Positions 42,384-54,975 of a stretch of DNA of 64,000 bases are shown here, one piece after another. The position numbers and the translations under genes were made by a program. The DNA is taken from NCBI RefSeq assembly GCF_009914755.1, contig NC_060932.1; one strand, 5' to 3'. This stretch comes from the human T2T-CHM13v2.0 reference genome, Homo sapiens. How positions within the stretch are numbered: position 1 is the first letter of the stretch; each line of letters begins with the position of its first letter. The notes below the pieces were generated by a model that did not search any database, was not told where the DNA came from, and saw only the letters and a list, made by a program, of their open reading frames with translations.

Positions 42384-44475
42384 AGCTACAAGGATGCAGT
42401 CTTAAAAATTATACAATGGACTTTGGGGACTTGGGGGGAAGAGTGAAGGGGGGTGAGGGATAAAGCACTACAAATAGGGTGCAGTGTATACTGCTCGGGT
42501 GATGGGTGCACCAAAATCTCACAAATCACCACTAAAGAATTCATGTAACCAAATACAACCTGTACCCCAATAACTTATGGAAAGAAAAGATAGGTAAGAG
42601 CAAGATATTGAAGACCTGTCATCCACAGAGATAGTATTTTGTTGGAGAGGGAAATATAAAGTAGTAACAGACAAAAGAAAAAAAAAGCGTTGGAACATGT
42701 CTTTCTTCCCTTTGGTGAGCATTATACTAAAAAAAAAGTCATTTCTGTCATCAGAATATATTTTCCTTTGTTTTAAAATTCTAGCATGATAAAGGTAGAT
42801 TAAAAGATTATTTCATCCATTCCTCTGGCTATAGAACATACTACACCCAGAGTCGATTTTTAAAGAAACCTCATGCATCCTCTTCCTCTCAGGATATGCA
42901 TTATTTACAAAGATATGTGCATATTATTTTTTTTAAAGTTAATTGATATTTATCCTGTAAAAATAAGTGAACTTTTTAATCTAACATTATGAGTCTCCAT
43001 GGCCAGCGTGTGCACTATGGAAACATATATTTTACTAAATCATTCAATATTTCAGAAGTGTAAAGATTTTATGTTACTCTTTAAAAATTTGTGATATCTT
43101 ATAGATTGTCAAAATAAAAAAAAGGAGGGATATTGGTAGGAGGTAAAATAAAATATTTTACCATTTATCAAATAATGAGTAAAGGCATTCTCTTAAAAAA
43201 AAAAAACAAAAACCAATAGAGAAGCAGGAAAGAATTGGCCTTTTTGGGGACCCAATTTATATTCCTCTCCCTAGACATGAGTGATAATATATTATTTACC
43301 TTTTCGTATGAAAAATTTCTCCTGTTCCCCTCTGTATATCAATTCCAGCAGCCTGGACATTCAAAGGAGCAGGGGATGGAATCTGTGGAGAAGTTAAAGC
43401 TCCTGAGATCGATTACTTGAGTAAATAGTTGTAGAGCCTTGTTCGAGACAGACGCCTGGCTAACTTAGGTAAATACTGTAATCCATTTAAACCAGAAACT
43501 AGAATTCCAAAACATTTGTATTCATTAAAATTTCTGGCAGTTCAGCAAGTGTGAGTAGAATCCTTGAACATCATCTTAAAGCCCCAAGCTTAACATGAAT
43601 CCTACTGTGGTCTTTGCCAGGCACTTCTTAACTATTACCTTTTCCAGGTAGAGAAAGAAAGGAGAGATATCATTTTTTTTTTCAGGGTAAAACAACAACA
43701 ACAAATACAACATCTTTGCCTTCTTTTTTATATCCTGAAGTATTTATCTAATATCCTAGATTAACTAGATATTTTGGCCAGTGGCACATAGGGAATGAAC
43801 TCAACCTTCATTTCACCATCCAGTCTTTACCCAGTGCTATAAATGCCTTTGCTGAGTTAATTAATCCCTTAGAGATTTCTTCTCAAGTCAGGTTTTTGTC
43901 CCTGGTTTCTAAGAAGCCAAATTGCTGGTGACGTGCTAAGCTCTTGCAGTCCTTAAGTTATCACTTGAGAGCAATGATACATGGTAAATTAATCAATTTA
44001 GGACATAATAATCAAGTAGAAGTATGAGAGGGAAAAAAGATACAAAATTGTGATTTATTACCTTTGAATTTTTTTCTGCCACCTGGATCTCAAGATAGCA
44101 ATTGAGTTTGTTTTTCTATCCAAGGAGCCTAAAATACGCGGCTTGCAAATCTTTGTCAAACACTAGGGTGAGTGATGTAGCTGACATTAGTTGATGGGTT
44201 GGGTAGGAGGCTGGCAGGGTTAGTGCATTAGGAGGCTGATGAAGAGAAGTGAGTGGGAGAGAAAAGCTGAAAGATACCTTTTCTTCTAAAGACTAAGAAC
44301 CTACTGTACACAAGATTTAGCGTATTTCCAGACACTATTTCTCTAAGTAGACAACCAATTGTGTACGAGATGTTTATTTATGCAAAATTAAATAATACAG
44401 ATATGCAAAAGGAAAGTTATGTGCGTGGAGTGCTAATGATATGTTTCTAATGATAGAATACACACGTATAGGATA

Positions 44476-44962
44476 TGTATTAGGGTTCCCCAGAGAAACA
44501 AAACCAATTGACTATGTTTCCCTAGAGAAACAGACCCAATATGATTCCGAAGAGACACAGAACAATAGGAGACAGGAAGAGAGAGAAAAAGTTTCATTGA
44601 TTAGTTGATTGATTGATTTGAGGAATTGGCTTATGTGATTGTGGGGATGGCAAGTCTGAAATCTACAGGGCCGACCAGCAGGCTGGACACCTGGGGAAGA
44701 GTTGCTATTGCAGCTTCAGCCTGCAGACAGTCTAGAGGCGAATTCCTTCTTTCTTGGGGAACCTCATCTCTTTCTCTTAAGCCCTTCAACTTATTGGATG
44801 AGGCCCACCTACACTGTGGAGAGTAATCTACTCAAAGTCTACTGATTTAAATGTTAATCACATCTAAAAATAAAATACCTTCACAGAAACATCTAGATTA
44901 ACATTTGACCAAAAACTGGGTACTATGTGCTAGCCAAATTGACACATAAATTCACCATCACA
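44476..44962 (-). mobile_element. MLT2 (ERVL; MLT2C/D-like) solo LTR
   Basis: TGTATTAGGGTTC...CATCACA termini; perfect 5-bp TSD GGATA; GGAATTGGCTTATGTGATTGTGG, TTGGATGAGGCCCACC. Confidence 0.88.
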
Positions 44963-45199
44963 GGATAATAATATTAAGCTATTATTAGTTGAAAGCACAT
45001 GTTGTACACTGCTGAATATGGTGCACTGAGTCAGAGTCCTGGGTTTGGAGGCAAGAGATCTGGGTACTTGTCCTCTATCTGCTAGGCAAGTAACCTAAGA
45101 TATTTCCAATTTTTTAAATTGTGAAACATGGTGCATCTTGGTAATAGAATATGAGACAGGCAACCCAAGGAAGAGAAAAGGTTTTCTCAATATTGACCC

Positions 45200-46330
45200 T
45201 GAAGTACCCATGGAACACGGAGGTGAAGTCCTGCAGACAGTTGAATGCGTGTATACATCTAGAGCTCACAGAGAAACTGGCTGGTGAAAGTGAGGTTTGA
45301 GAGTCATTCACATATAGATGGCAACTGAGGCCCTGTGAATGACCAGAAGGGAGGTCTAGAATGATAATGGAAGTAGTCCAAGGAAACAAGAGGAAGTAGA
45401 GGTAGAAGTATCAATGCAGCATACCAAGAAAGAATAGTCAGGGTGTAGAATGAGAATCAGGATAAAGTGGTGTTATGGTGGTCAAGGCTTAGGGAAGTTT
45501 AAGATGTTCAATAACATCAGATAGCAAAAGGAAGCTGTAGAGACTAGGTCTGAAAGCATTCCATTGGATTTAACAATTAGTTGAACATTTAGTGAATTTT
45601 GCTAGTACAGTTTAAATAATGGCTAACATTCATGTAATTCTCGATGAGTTTCTATGCTGTGCTGTTCTTTGTATGGATTCTTTCTTTTAATATTTCCTAT
45701 AACCTATGAGACTGGTATTAATATCACTGTCTTTATTTTATAGATCTATAAACTCAATTTTAGGAAGTCAAGTATCTTCCCGAAAGTCACACAAGTAAAG
45801 ATGGACTTGGGTCTCTAACCATTTGTTTGACTTCAAAACATGTTATCTCCATTCCACTACCTCTTCTGTTCAGTGGAATGAAAGAGGTTAAAACAGTTCA
45901 CAGGGTCCATGGAGTGAATGAAAAATGAAAATGGGAAGATAAAATACAGATTATAGTTTTCAAGGATTGGAGCTGGAAGGAGTTGCCTGTTTGAGAGCTG
46001 TGTTAAGGTCTGAGAAACATGTGCATGTTGTGCACTGCAAGAAAGGAATCAAGAGGAAGGAGAGGATGGAGATATAGAAGATGAAAATCAGCCAGAGTAA
46101 CAAGGCTCCAGGAAAGCCACATGGCTATGTGCATCCCTTAGAGAAACAAATTGGAAAAAGGGTAAGTGACACCTCTTTTCCTTAGACTAAAAATAATTAA
46201 ATGTGGGGAGAAGATATAGCAACATTTAAAATGGTGGTAGAAGGTGAGTGAGTTGGTTAGAATAAGCTGAGAGAAATGAATGCTTCAGATTGTTCTGGAG
46301 AAGGTCAAACAGTAAATGTTGTTGCACAAT
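45200..46330 (-). mobile_element. L2 LINE fragments with a MIR inserted at about 45620-45860
   Basis: CAGACAGTTGAAT...CTAGAGCTCACAGAGA...TTTGAGAGTCATT; CCATTGGATTTAACAATTAG; MIR core CCCGAAAGTCACACAAG. Confidence 0.6.
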
Positions 46331-46689
46331 AATTAGGAACTTGGGCTTGGACCACCCCTCCCCTAAGTACCAGCTCCACTCTGCTGCTCCCCAGTGCATC
46401 CTGTAGCTGACTGGCTGTCCTTGAGGACTCAGGCTGTATGTGCCCTCTGCAGCAAAGCCTTTCCTGACCACCTTCTTTGGAGGCTTCCTTTTATTCTGTA
46501 TTTAATGACATCACAATTTGCCAACATTTTAATCCTTATTTACCTTTTTCCCTCACTGTAACAAAATCTCCATGAGGGTACCTCTATCTTTCTCATGGGT
46601 GTGTTTCTTACTCCTAATGTAGTGCTTCTCTTCTTAGCACTTAGTAGGTCCTGAACAACTTTGCATTGAATGAAAAAAAAAAAAAAAGC

Positions 46690-46890
46690 CTGAATGCCAC
46701 TCTCTATTACTCAATAGCTATCTGACCTTGGGCAAGATGATTTAACTTCTCAGGCCTTTGTTTTATCATTTGCATAATGAAGAGACTTATATCCTATCAA
46801 GGTGTCTTACAAGCATAAAAGATGCTAAACATAAAGGTCTCAATTTTATTCTGGTTGAAAATATGTCCAATAGGTATCAGCTATTATTAT
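46690..46890 (+). mobile_element. MIR SINE
   Basis: TAGCTATCTGACCTTGGGCAAGATGATTTAACTTCTCAGGCCTTTGTTTTATCATTTGCATAATG. Confidence 0.75.
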
Positions 46891-48546
46891 TTTGTTGAGT
46901 GTGGGAGTGCAAAGGCTGGAAGGGTTGTTAAAAAATGGAGTTTAAGACATCAGAGGGGACTCCTCAAAATAATAACAGAATCCAGACTGAGATCTTTCCC
47001 TCTTAGACTGATGGACTGGTACCCACTTATAAAGTTGTTTGGCAATGAAGACAAAGGGAAGGGACACAGAAAATGAAAATGGATCTTGAGAATACAGACA
47101 TCTGGTTCCAAGGAAAGGGAGTAGAAGGGGATTCAGACCAAGTGCATTTCCTTTCAAACAAGTGCTTTCATCTGAACTGTTCTGCTGAAATAGAAAAGTC
47201 ACTGTCAATAGCACATCTCATTACAGCCTAGCTTGATGCAGCTTAATACGAAGCAATATGCTCCATTAATTAAATTTAAGGCACTAAGGCTGGAATCTGG
47301 AAGCTGTAACCTGAGTCACTTCTCCCCAGGTAAACATGAATGTGTTTTTCTATAAATTGCTTTGAGGTGCTCTGAGATTTCTTTAATCTAATCACCAGAC
47401 ATGATAGCCAATGCCTTATTTGATGGGGCCATGTGGCACGTCTTTTCCCTTCTTTCATTACATTTCCCCCCAGATAATAAGGCTCCACAGGCTCTGGATT
47501 AAAAAAAAATATTACTGCTATCACAAGGGAGGAGGTGAAGAAGAGTTTGTTTTTTTATGTGCTTTCTGTGGTTCAGCAAGAGCTAGAGGTTCTCTATTGG
47601 CTGAACACGCTAAGAGGTGGAAGGTGAAAATTCAACTGATTCAGAGTTTGGTAGATTTGTTCAGACTAGACATCTCAAAGGCTTTTAATTACTTGGGAAC
47701 ACGTCTGCATGATATTAATGACTAAACCACAAGTAGCCCTCAGAGGGATCCTGAAATCCATCCAGAATTATTTATTAACATCTAAACTAGACTCCACTTA
47801 GATCTAGAGATAGTGATAAGGCCCTGCATAATGTAATTTTATCGCAACTTACACATATATTTGTATTTAGAAGCTACGTATTCTTCATTCATCCTTGACT
47901 AGCACAGAAACATCAAAGCTGTCATCATTATATTTGTCAAGAGTAGTTGTTTTTTATTTCTCTTTAGTTATTAATAGTGCATAGGCAAAGAGGTCTTTGG
48001 GCTCCTTCTAGATGTTTTATTTCTTTTTTCTTGTTTCCACAGCATGAAAATTTATCAAAGCTACCTCTCTAATCTATTGTTCTTTGCCTTGAATGCTCTT
48101 TGTCAGATGCTTATCTTTGATGTTTTAAGCCTTTAAAAACACTCTTTTAATCTCCCTTTATCGCATTGCTCTGTATCTAGCTACAAGCTCTCCTAATATC
48201 ACCCTCTCCTTTTTGTTTACATCCAAGTCTGAATGTGCAGATAAAAGATGGTTGGGACACAGTGAACATTTTCCCTGCACCTCCTGTGAAACACACATTG
48301 GACATAGACGTGGTCCACTGGCTCCTCAAAGATTTTTTTTTTAGAGGAATGATTTTCCAGTTCTAATCTCAAAGCTATAAAATCTGATTTTCTGATCCTA
48401 CATTTATCCTGTACTCCTCCCTATGTTTCATAGCGAGAGATAGCATGCCTGATTTCCACTAAATTCAGCTGATGTCCACCACACACTTCAGCTGCTGGGT
48501 TTCCAAGTAACAGTGGTGTTTTTGTGTCATGGGATATTAGAAGAGG

Positions 48547-48688
48547 GGCCCAGGAGTGTTGACTCACAACTGTAATCCCAGTGCTTTGGGAAGCTGAGGT
48601 AGGAGGATTGCTTGAGGCTAAGAGTTTGAAACCAGCTTGGGCAACAAAGGGAAACTTCGTCTCTGAAAAAATAAAATAAAATAAAAAG
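48547..48688 (+). mobile_element. Free left Alu monomer (FLAM-like)
   Basis: Single Alu left arm with A-rich tail; TSD TAGAAGAGG at 48538-48546 and 48689-48697. Confidence 0.85.
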
Positions 48689-48935
48689 TAGAAGAGGCAG
48701 ATGGGTGCTTTCTTACACCACCATGTTTCCTCTAAGACTCTTTGGCCAACCAGCCAAGACTGATGTAGAAACCAAAATTTTGTATCCACATTTCTTTGCT
48801 ATATACTACTTTGCTATTCCCTGCTCAATTTTACCATATATACCATTTTGATGTCCATACCAAGTCTTAGCCATTTCAATGTGTTCCATTCTTTCTATCT
48901 TACATTTACTCACATGTATTCCAACATGCTACAAC

Positions 48936-49116
48936 CAGTGGTTCCCAAAATTGGCTGCACGTTGGAATCACTTAGGAAACTTTAAAAGGTCTTCAGTGCC
49001 TGGCTTCTCACCCCAGGCCAATTAAATTAGAATCTCAGGGGTGGGGGCATAGACATCAATATTCTATAAAATCTCACCAGATGATTATAATATGCAGCTA
49101 GGGTAGAAAACCATTT
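48936..49116. mobile_element. MER5A-type hAT-Charlie MITE
   Basis: CAGTGGTTCCCAAA...TGCACGTTGGAATCAC...TTAGAATCTCAGGGGTGGGG...GATGATTATAATATGCAGC...AAAACCA. Confidence 0.8.
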
Positions 49117-52100
49117 TTAGCTCATGGTTTCCTAGATGCTGTGAGTTTCTGCCCAACTTACTATTAGGCAATGCTTGCAAAGCCCTTTTACTTTCTCTGA
49201 AGTTCAGTTCTGAACTCTCAGATGCTTTCTCTAAAGGTTGATCCTGACAGTCTTATTATCTGAGATAATGTGCCCTCACATCCAATTCTTCCAGGAATCA
49301 CACCACATAGATGCCGTCCTCTAGTGTTCACTTCCAGAAACTCAGGAACTGGGCTAAGTAACATAGTAACAGCTATCTAATTTTATTAAGGAAAGCCAAT
49401 TGTTAGAAAGGTAGTGGGGGCAAAGAGCAGAGAGGCAGTCCACCTACCTAGAAGTGGGGTTGTAGAAAAGTAATATTTCCTTTAGATTGTCCATCCAGCC
49501 ATTGACTAGCCCAAGTTTAGCAGGTTCAAGACAAAACGACATCTTATCTCTTTGGTCAATAATTGTGCCTTAACCACAGGCTGCCCTGCACAAGTAGTTT
49601 TGGGTTCATTCTCTGCCTGTCTACTACACTGGAATGTATATATTTAGAGAAGATGCTTGGCCACAGCTCCTGTCATGTTGTGGAACTAGATGGCTTCAGG
49701 ATGCAGTCCTCTCTATGCAAATAGTATTCACCTAGTGTCTTGCTTGGAATATAAATTAAAGCATCACTCCACAATAAACTGTAGGTGTTTGGTGATCAAT
49801 ACAGAACTCTAATTTTCTCAAGTTAATGCCTTTTAATGACAGGTTCCCAATGCTTGCTGTAGATGGTTACATGCAAGATTATAAATCATGGAGATGTCTT
49901 AGCTTTGAATTACTAATCTTTGCTCCCCCCTGCATTGCATAATTGATAGTGACTATATTGACAACGCCAAGAGGGCTCCTGGGATGGATCTGTGCAGTGG
50001 AAGGAAAAGCATCACCACTGTGCAGAAATGACATGCTGTGTATTCTAATGAGTGGATTCCTTAACCTCTAGTTGTATCCTTGAGTTTTCCAGAGTTTTCT
50101 TTCTCCTGAAAGCTTACTGGTGGTCAGAAAGTGACTGTATAAATATGTGATCGTCTTACCATGGATATTTGTTTCCTGTGAGTCTTCAAGACATTTTTGG
50201 TGACTTTTACTGATGAAAAAATACATTTTATCTCCCCTTTGGGTCCACAGGTTCAACAAAGTTACATGAGAGAGAACTGTAGTGTATTCTTCCCAGCAGA
50301 TCAGCATTCTTTATGGATTTACTCTTTTTCATAGCAAATAGAAGGCAAAAAGAGGGGTAAACAAGACAATTTTGAGGAGAGAAGATGCCCAGAGACTAAA
50401 GTGACTAAATTTTAAAAATTTTAAATTGACTAATTTTTAAAAATGCTTGTCTTTCTTGAAATAGAGATTTTATTCATTTAAAAAGCAATTTTTCCCCCTA
50501 TGAGTTTGGCTGGCTTTGTCTGACAAAGAGGATAAATAAAAATTATTTTACAGTTTTAACAGAAGTCAGACCTAGAGGGAGTAATCAGTGTGTATGTGAC
50601 TACTTTGTGAAGTCTGTCGACAGTACAGTTTATTCTCTGTGCAGTTGAACCATTCCCTCTGTGGGAACTGGCTTTTCATATCTTCACTGTAAATACAAAC
50701 AAGTTATTAACTCCCTAATTGACCTTTGTTGTTTTCAGCTTTTCTTTCATTGTATACATGGCGGGGCTCTCTATCCACACAACCCACAGGAGGGCACCTG
50801 CTTAGGCCAAAGAATGCTTTAAAACAGGCTACTGTCACTCACCCAGAAGGGCGATGCCTTCATAATAATCAACTATATGTCCCTTTACCCTCCCTGCATC
50901 CCTGCAACCTAAAGGAATAAATGATGGATAATTTCTTCAAAATGATTTTCACCATCATCCCAGGAGCCCATTTGACAACTCATTTGCTGCAAAATCCTTC
51001 TCTCTATTCCCCTCTTCTTTTCCTTTTGCTGCACATGCTGTCACTGGGCCACACGTCTTGCTGTGATATGGAACAGCCAGGAGTAGAATCTTGGCCACTG
51101 GAGGCCTGATGCTTTGCTTTTGTTTCATGTTTAAAAACTTGCCTCATGTTACTGAGTCTTTTTCCTCTATATGTACAGTGGTGATAATAAAACACTCCCT
51201 GACTTATCAGTCATATGTGAAAGAGCCTTGAAAGGTGTAAAGTATAATGTAAATCTATGCTGTCATTAATATTCTTGAAGGGTACATGGTCCCAGATAAA
51301 TACACAGGAGTTTGTGAGCAAGATGTATCCTTGGGTTTTCTTAACAGTTTCTTGCCCTTGAACATTAAACCTGATATTCATTTGGAGTCTCTCCATTCTC
51401 TAACTCGCTTTAAATGTTTTATATTTACTGTATAGTTGGCAACTTATGGAGTGATTTCCTGGTCCCTAATTGTCATTATTTACTACCCCAAATGGCATTC
51501 TATCATCGTATGTTGCCTTACCCTGAAATCACTTCATGACAGTTCAGATTATTTTCTCAACCACGTGACACCTGCCCACACCCTTTATAACAGTGCAATG
51601 TAACAGAGTATGTCCCTGATAGATACTGAAGGAACTAACAGCTCCATGTATTCACTGCACTTCATGTAATGGTAAAAATAAGGTTTATTATGTACATTTC
51701 TAGTTAAGCCTCAGAGGAAGAATAGATGTGCTGATGTAGTAAGAATTAAACACATCCCAGATGAGAGTGGTTTGGACAAATCCCATTGGTACAATTAGCA
51801 TCTGCTAAAAAATGCACATTTTGTAATTCCTGACAGAGAAAATAAGTCATGTTTTAGTCTGAATCCTTGGTCTGGTATCTATGGCAAGAATGTGTATTGC
51901 ATTTTTAGACATAATTTCCTATTTCAACTAATCTACATTTGTGCCACTGAGGATTTTTAAAAATTTAAATAAATATTATGGAATTAATGCTTTCATTTTA
52001 ATGAATACATCAGTCTTCTAATGTTCATGCATGCCATATATTGGAATACATTCAAGCTATGGTGAGATCACTGCTAAATCATTTCCAGTTGAATAATCAA

Positions 52101-52572
52101 CTTATGGAAAGAAGATTGACTTGAGGTTACTTGGGGAAAAAATGTCCCTTCATTTTGTAGATGAATTGAAACACTTAGGCTGATAACATAATGGGAAAAA
52201 CTAATTTGACACCATCTATTAGAGAATGGCTTTGGTTGCATGTCTTTTAAATGCCCCTGTTTTATACATATGAGATACTTGACTTTTCTTTATTAAACCC
52301 TGTTTCTTTCTATGTATATACTGATCAATAATATGTGTTCCTCAATTTGATAGACACCGTGGTCCTTCCACCTTTAAGAAATTTCTCTGAAAAAAGATTA
52401 AAAAATATATTTCTTCAAAATATAACTGAATTTAGATATCAGTGTCTAAAAACAGAATAGAGGTTTTTGACTTGATTTTGTATTGATAAACCCTGCCTAT
52501 GTACTACTTTCCACCACTTGTCTCCTTCCAATGTTGGAGCCAATTCTTTCTGGTCTTCCGAAACAGCCTTCT

Positions 52573-52892
<320 letters not shown>

Positions 52893-52981
52893 CTACTCAG
52901 TGCCAGGCCATTGTCATATTGCTAGTTTAGCCTGACTTGTGGCCCATTTCAAATTATTAGATATTTTTTGCATTGCCAAGA

Positions 52982-53180
52982 TTTCCTCCCCTCTCCTCCC
53001 CTCCGCTCCCCTCCCCGTCTCCTCCTCTCCCCTCCCCCTCTCCTCCCCTCCCCTCCCCTTCCTTCCCCTCCCTCCGTCCGTCCGTCCCTTCCTTCTTTCC
53101 TTCCTTCCTTCCTTCCTTCCTTCCTTCCTTGCTTCCTTCCTTCCTTCCTTCCTTCCTTCCTTCCTTCCTTCCTTCCTTCC
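52982..53180. repeat. Polypyrimidine simple repeat: (CCCCT)n then (TTCC)n
   Basis: Directly visible; source of the low-complexity ORFs at 52939-53423. Confidence 0.95.
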
Positions 53181-53356
53181 AGCATTAAAACAGGCAGACC
53201 CACTTGCCTCCAGTCAACACTTGGCTATTTTACTATTGCTTCAGCTGCCTTTATTCTACAGTCACAAAGTAAGCATCTTCAACTCGCACATACTTTCCAA
53301 GTTCATTTCTGCCTCCACCGTCCTCTTCATGTTGAATCGTTACTTACTAGACTTTT

Positions 53357-54975
53357 CCCTTTTCATGGGGGGTGTTTTTTTCTTGTAAATTTGTTTAATT
53401 TCCTTGTAGATTCTGGATATTAGACCTTTGTCAGATGGGTAGATTGCAAAAATTTTCTCCCATTCTGTAGGTTGCCTGTTCACTCTGATGATAGTTTCTC
53501 TTGCCTTGCAGAAGCTCTTTACTTTAATTACATCCCATTTGTCAATTTTGGCTTTTGTTGCAGTTGCTTTTGGCATTTTTGTCATGAGGTCTTTGTCCAT
53601 GCCTATGTCCTGAATGGCATTAAGTGTTCTTCTAGGGTTTTTATGGTTTTGGGTTTATATTTGAGTATATCATCCACCTTGGTTTAATTTTTGTATAAGG
53701 TGTAAGAAAGGGGTCCAGTTTCAGTTTTCTGCATATGGCTAGCCAGTTCTCCCAGAACCAATTACTGAATAGGAGATCCTTTCCTCATTGCTTGTTTTTG
53801 TCAGGTTTGTCGATGATGATCAGATGGTTGTAGATATGTGGTGTTATTTCTGAGGTCTCTATTCCTCCATTGGTCTATATGTGTTTTGGTATGAGTACCG
53901 TGCTGTTTTGGTTAGTGTAGCCTTGTAGTGTAGTTTGAAGTCAAGTAGTGTGATGCCTCTAGCTTTGTTCTTTTTGCTTAGGATTGTTTTGGCTATATGG
54001 GCTCTTTGATTCCATATGAAATTAAAATAGGTTATTCTAATTCTGTGAAGAATGTCAATGGTAGTTTGATGGAATAGCATTGAATCTATAAATTACCTTG
54101 GGCAGTATGGCCTTTTTCATGATATTGATTATTCCTATCCATGAGGATGGAATGTTTTTCCATTTGTTTGCATTCTCTTATTTCCTTGAGCAGTTGTTTG
54201 TAGTTCTCCTTGAAGAGTTCTTTCACATCCCTTGTTAGCTGTGTTCCTAGGTATTTTATTCTCTGTGTAGTGATAGTGAATGGGAGTTCATTCATGATTT
54301 GACTCTCTGCTTGTCTATTGCTGGTGTAAATTAATGCTTGTGATTTTTGCACATACATTTTGTATCCTGGGATTTTGCTGAAGTTGCTTGTCAGTTTAAG
54401 GAATTTGGGGCCTGAGATGATGGGGTTTTCTAAATATAAAATCATGTCGTCTGCAAACAAAGACAATTTGAATTCCTCTGTTCCTATTTGAATACCCTTT
54501 ATTTCTTTCTCTTGTCTGATTGCCCTGGCCAGAACTTCCAATACTATGTTGAATAGGAGTGGTTACAGAGGGCATCTTTGTCTTGTGCCGGTTTTCAAAG
54601 GGAATGCTTCCAGGTTTTGCCCATTCAGTATGATATTGGCTGTGGGTTTGTCATAAATAGCTCTTATTATTTTGAGATATGTTCCATCATTACCTAGTTT
54701 ATTGAGAGTTTTTAACATGACGGGATGTTGAATTTTATCAAAGGCCTTTTCTGCATCTATTGAGTTAATCATGTGGTTTTTGTCTTTCGTTCTGTTTATG
54801 TGATGGATTACGCTTATTGATTTACATATGTTGAACCAGCCTTGCATCTCAGGGATGAAGCCGACTTGATCATGGTAGATAAGTTTTTTGATGGCTGCTG
54901 GATTCAGCTTGCCAGTATTTTATTGAGGATTTTCATATCGATGTTTATCAGGGATATTGGCCTAAAGTTTTATCT
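53357..54975 (-). mobile_element. Primate L1PA ORF2 internal fragment (RT region to C-terminal part)
   Basis: Peptides [55 protein letters not shown]; no 3'UTR or poly(A). Confidence 0.92.

Larger units (their letters stand above)
36061..42687 (+). mobile_element. Full-length L1PB1-like LINE-1 insertion (inactive), including extra non-L1 terminal sequence
   Basis: L1PB-type 5'UTR from 36112 (GACTAGATTGCAGCTCCGGACAGAGCAGC), ORF1, ORF2 and 3'UTR ending near 42590 (CTGTACCCCAATAACTTATGGAAA); 15-bp TSD CGTTGGAACATGTCT at 36046-36060 and 42688-42702. Confidence 0.95.

Noticed and set aside
48020-48045. Splice-acceptor-like TTTCTTTTTTCTTGTTTCCACAG
   Set aside because: No matching donor or open exon frame downstream; such sites are common by chance.
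52939-53423. 149-151-aa proline/serine-rich ORFs and the EGRK-repeat ORF
   Set aside because: Translations of the (CCCCT)n/(TTCC)n simple repeat.
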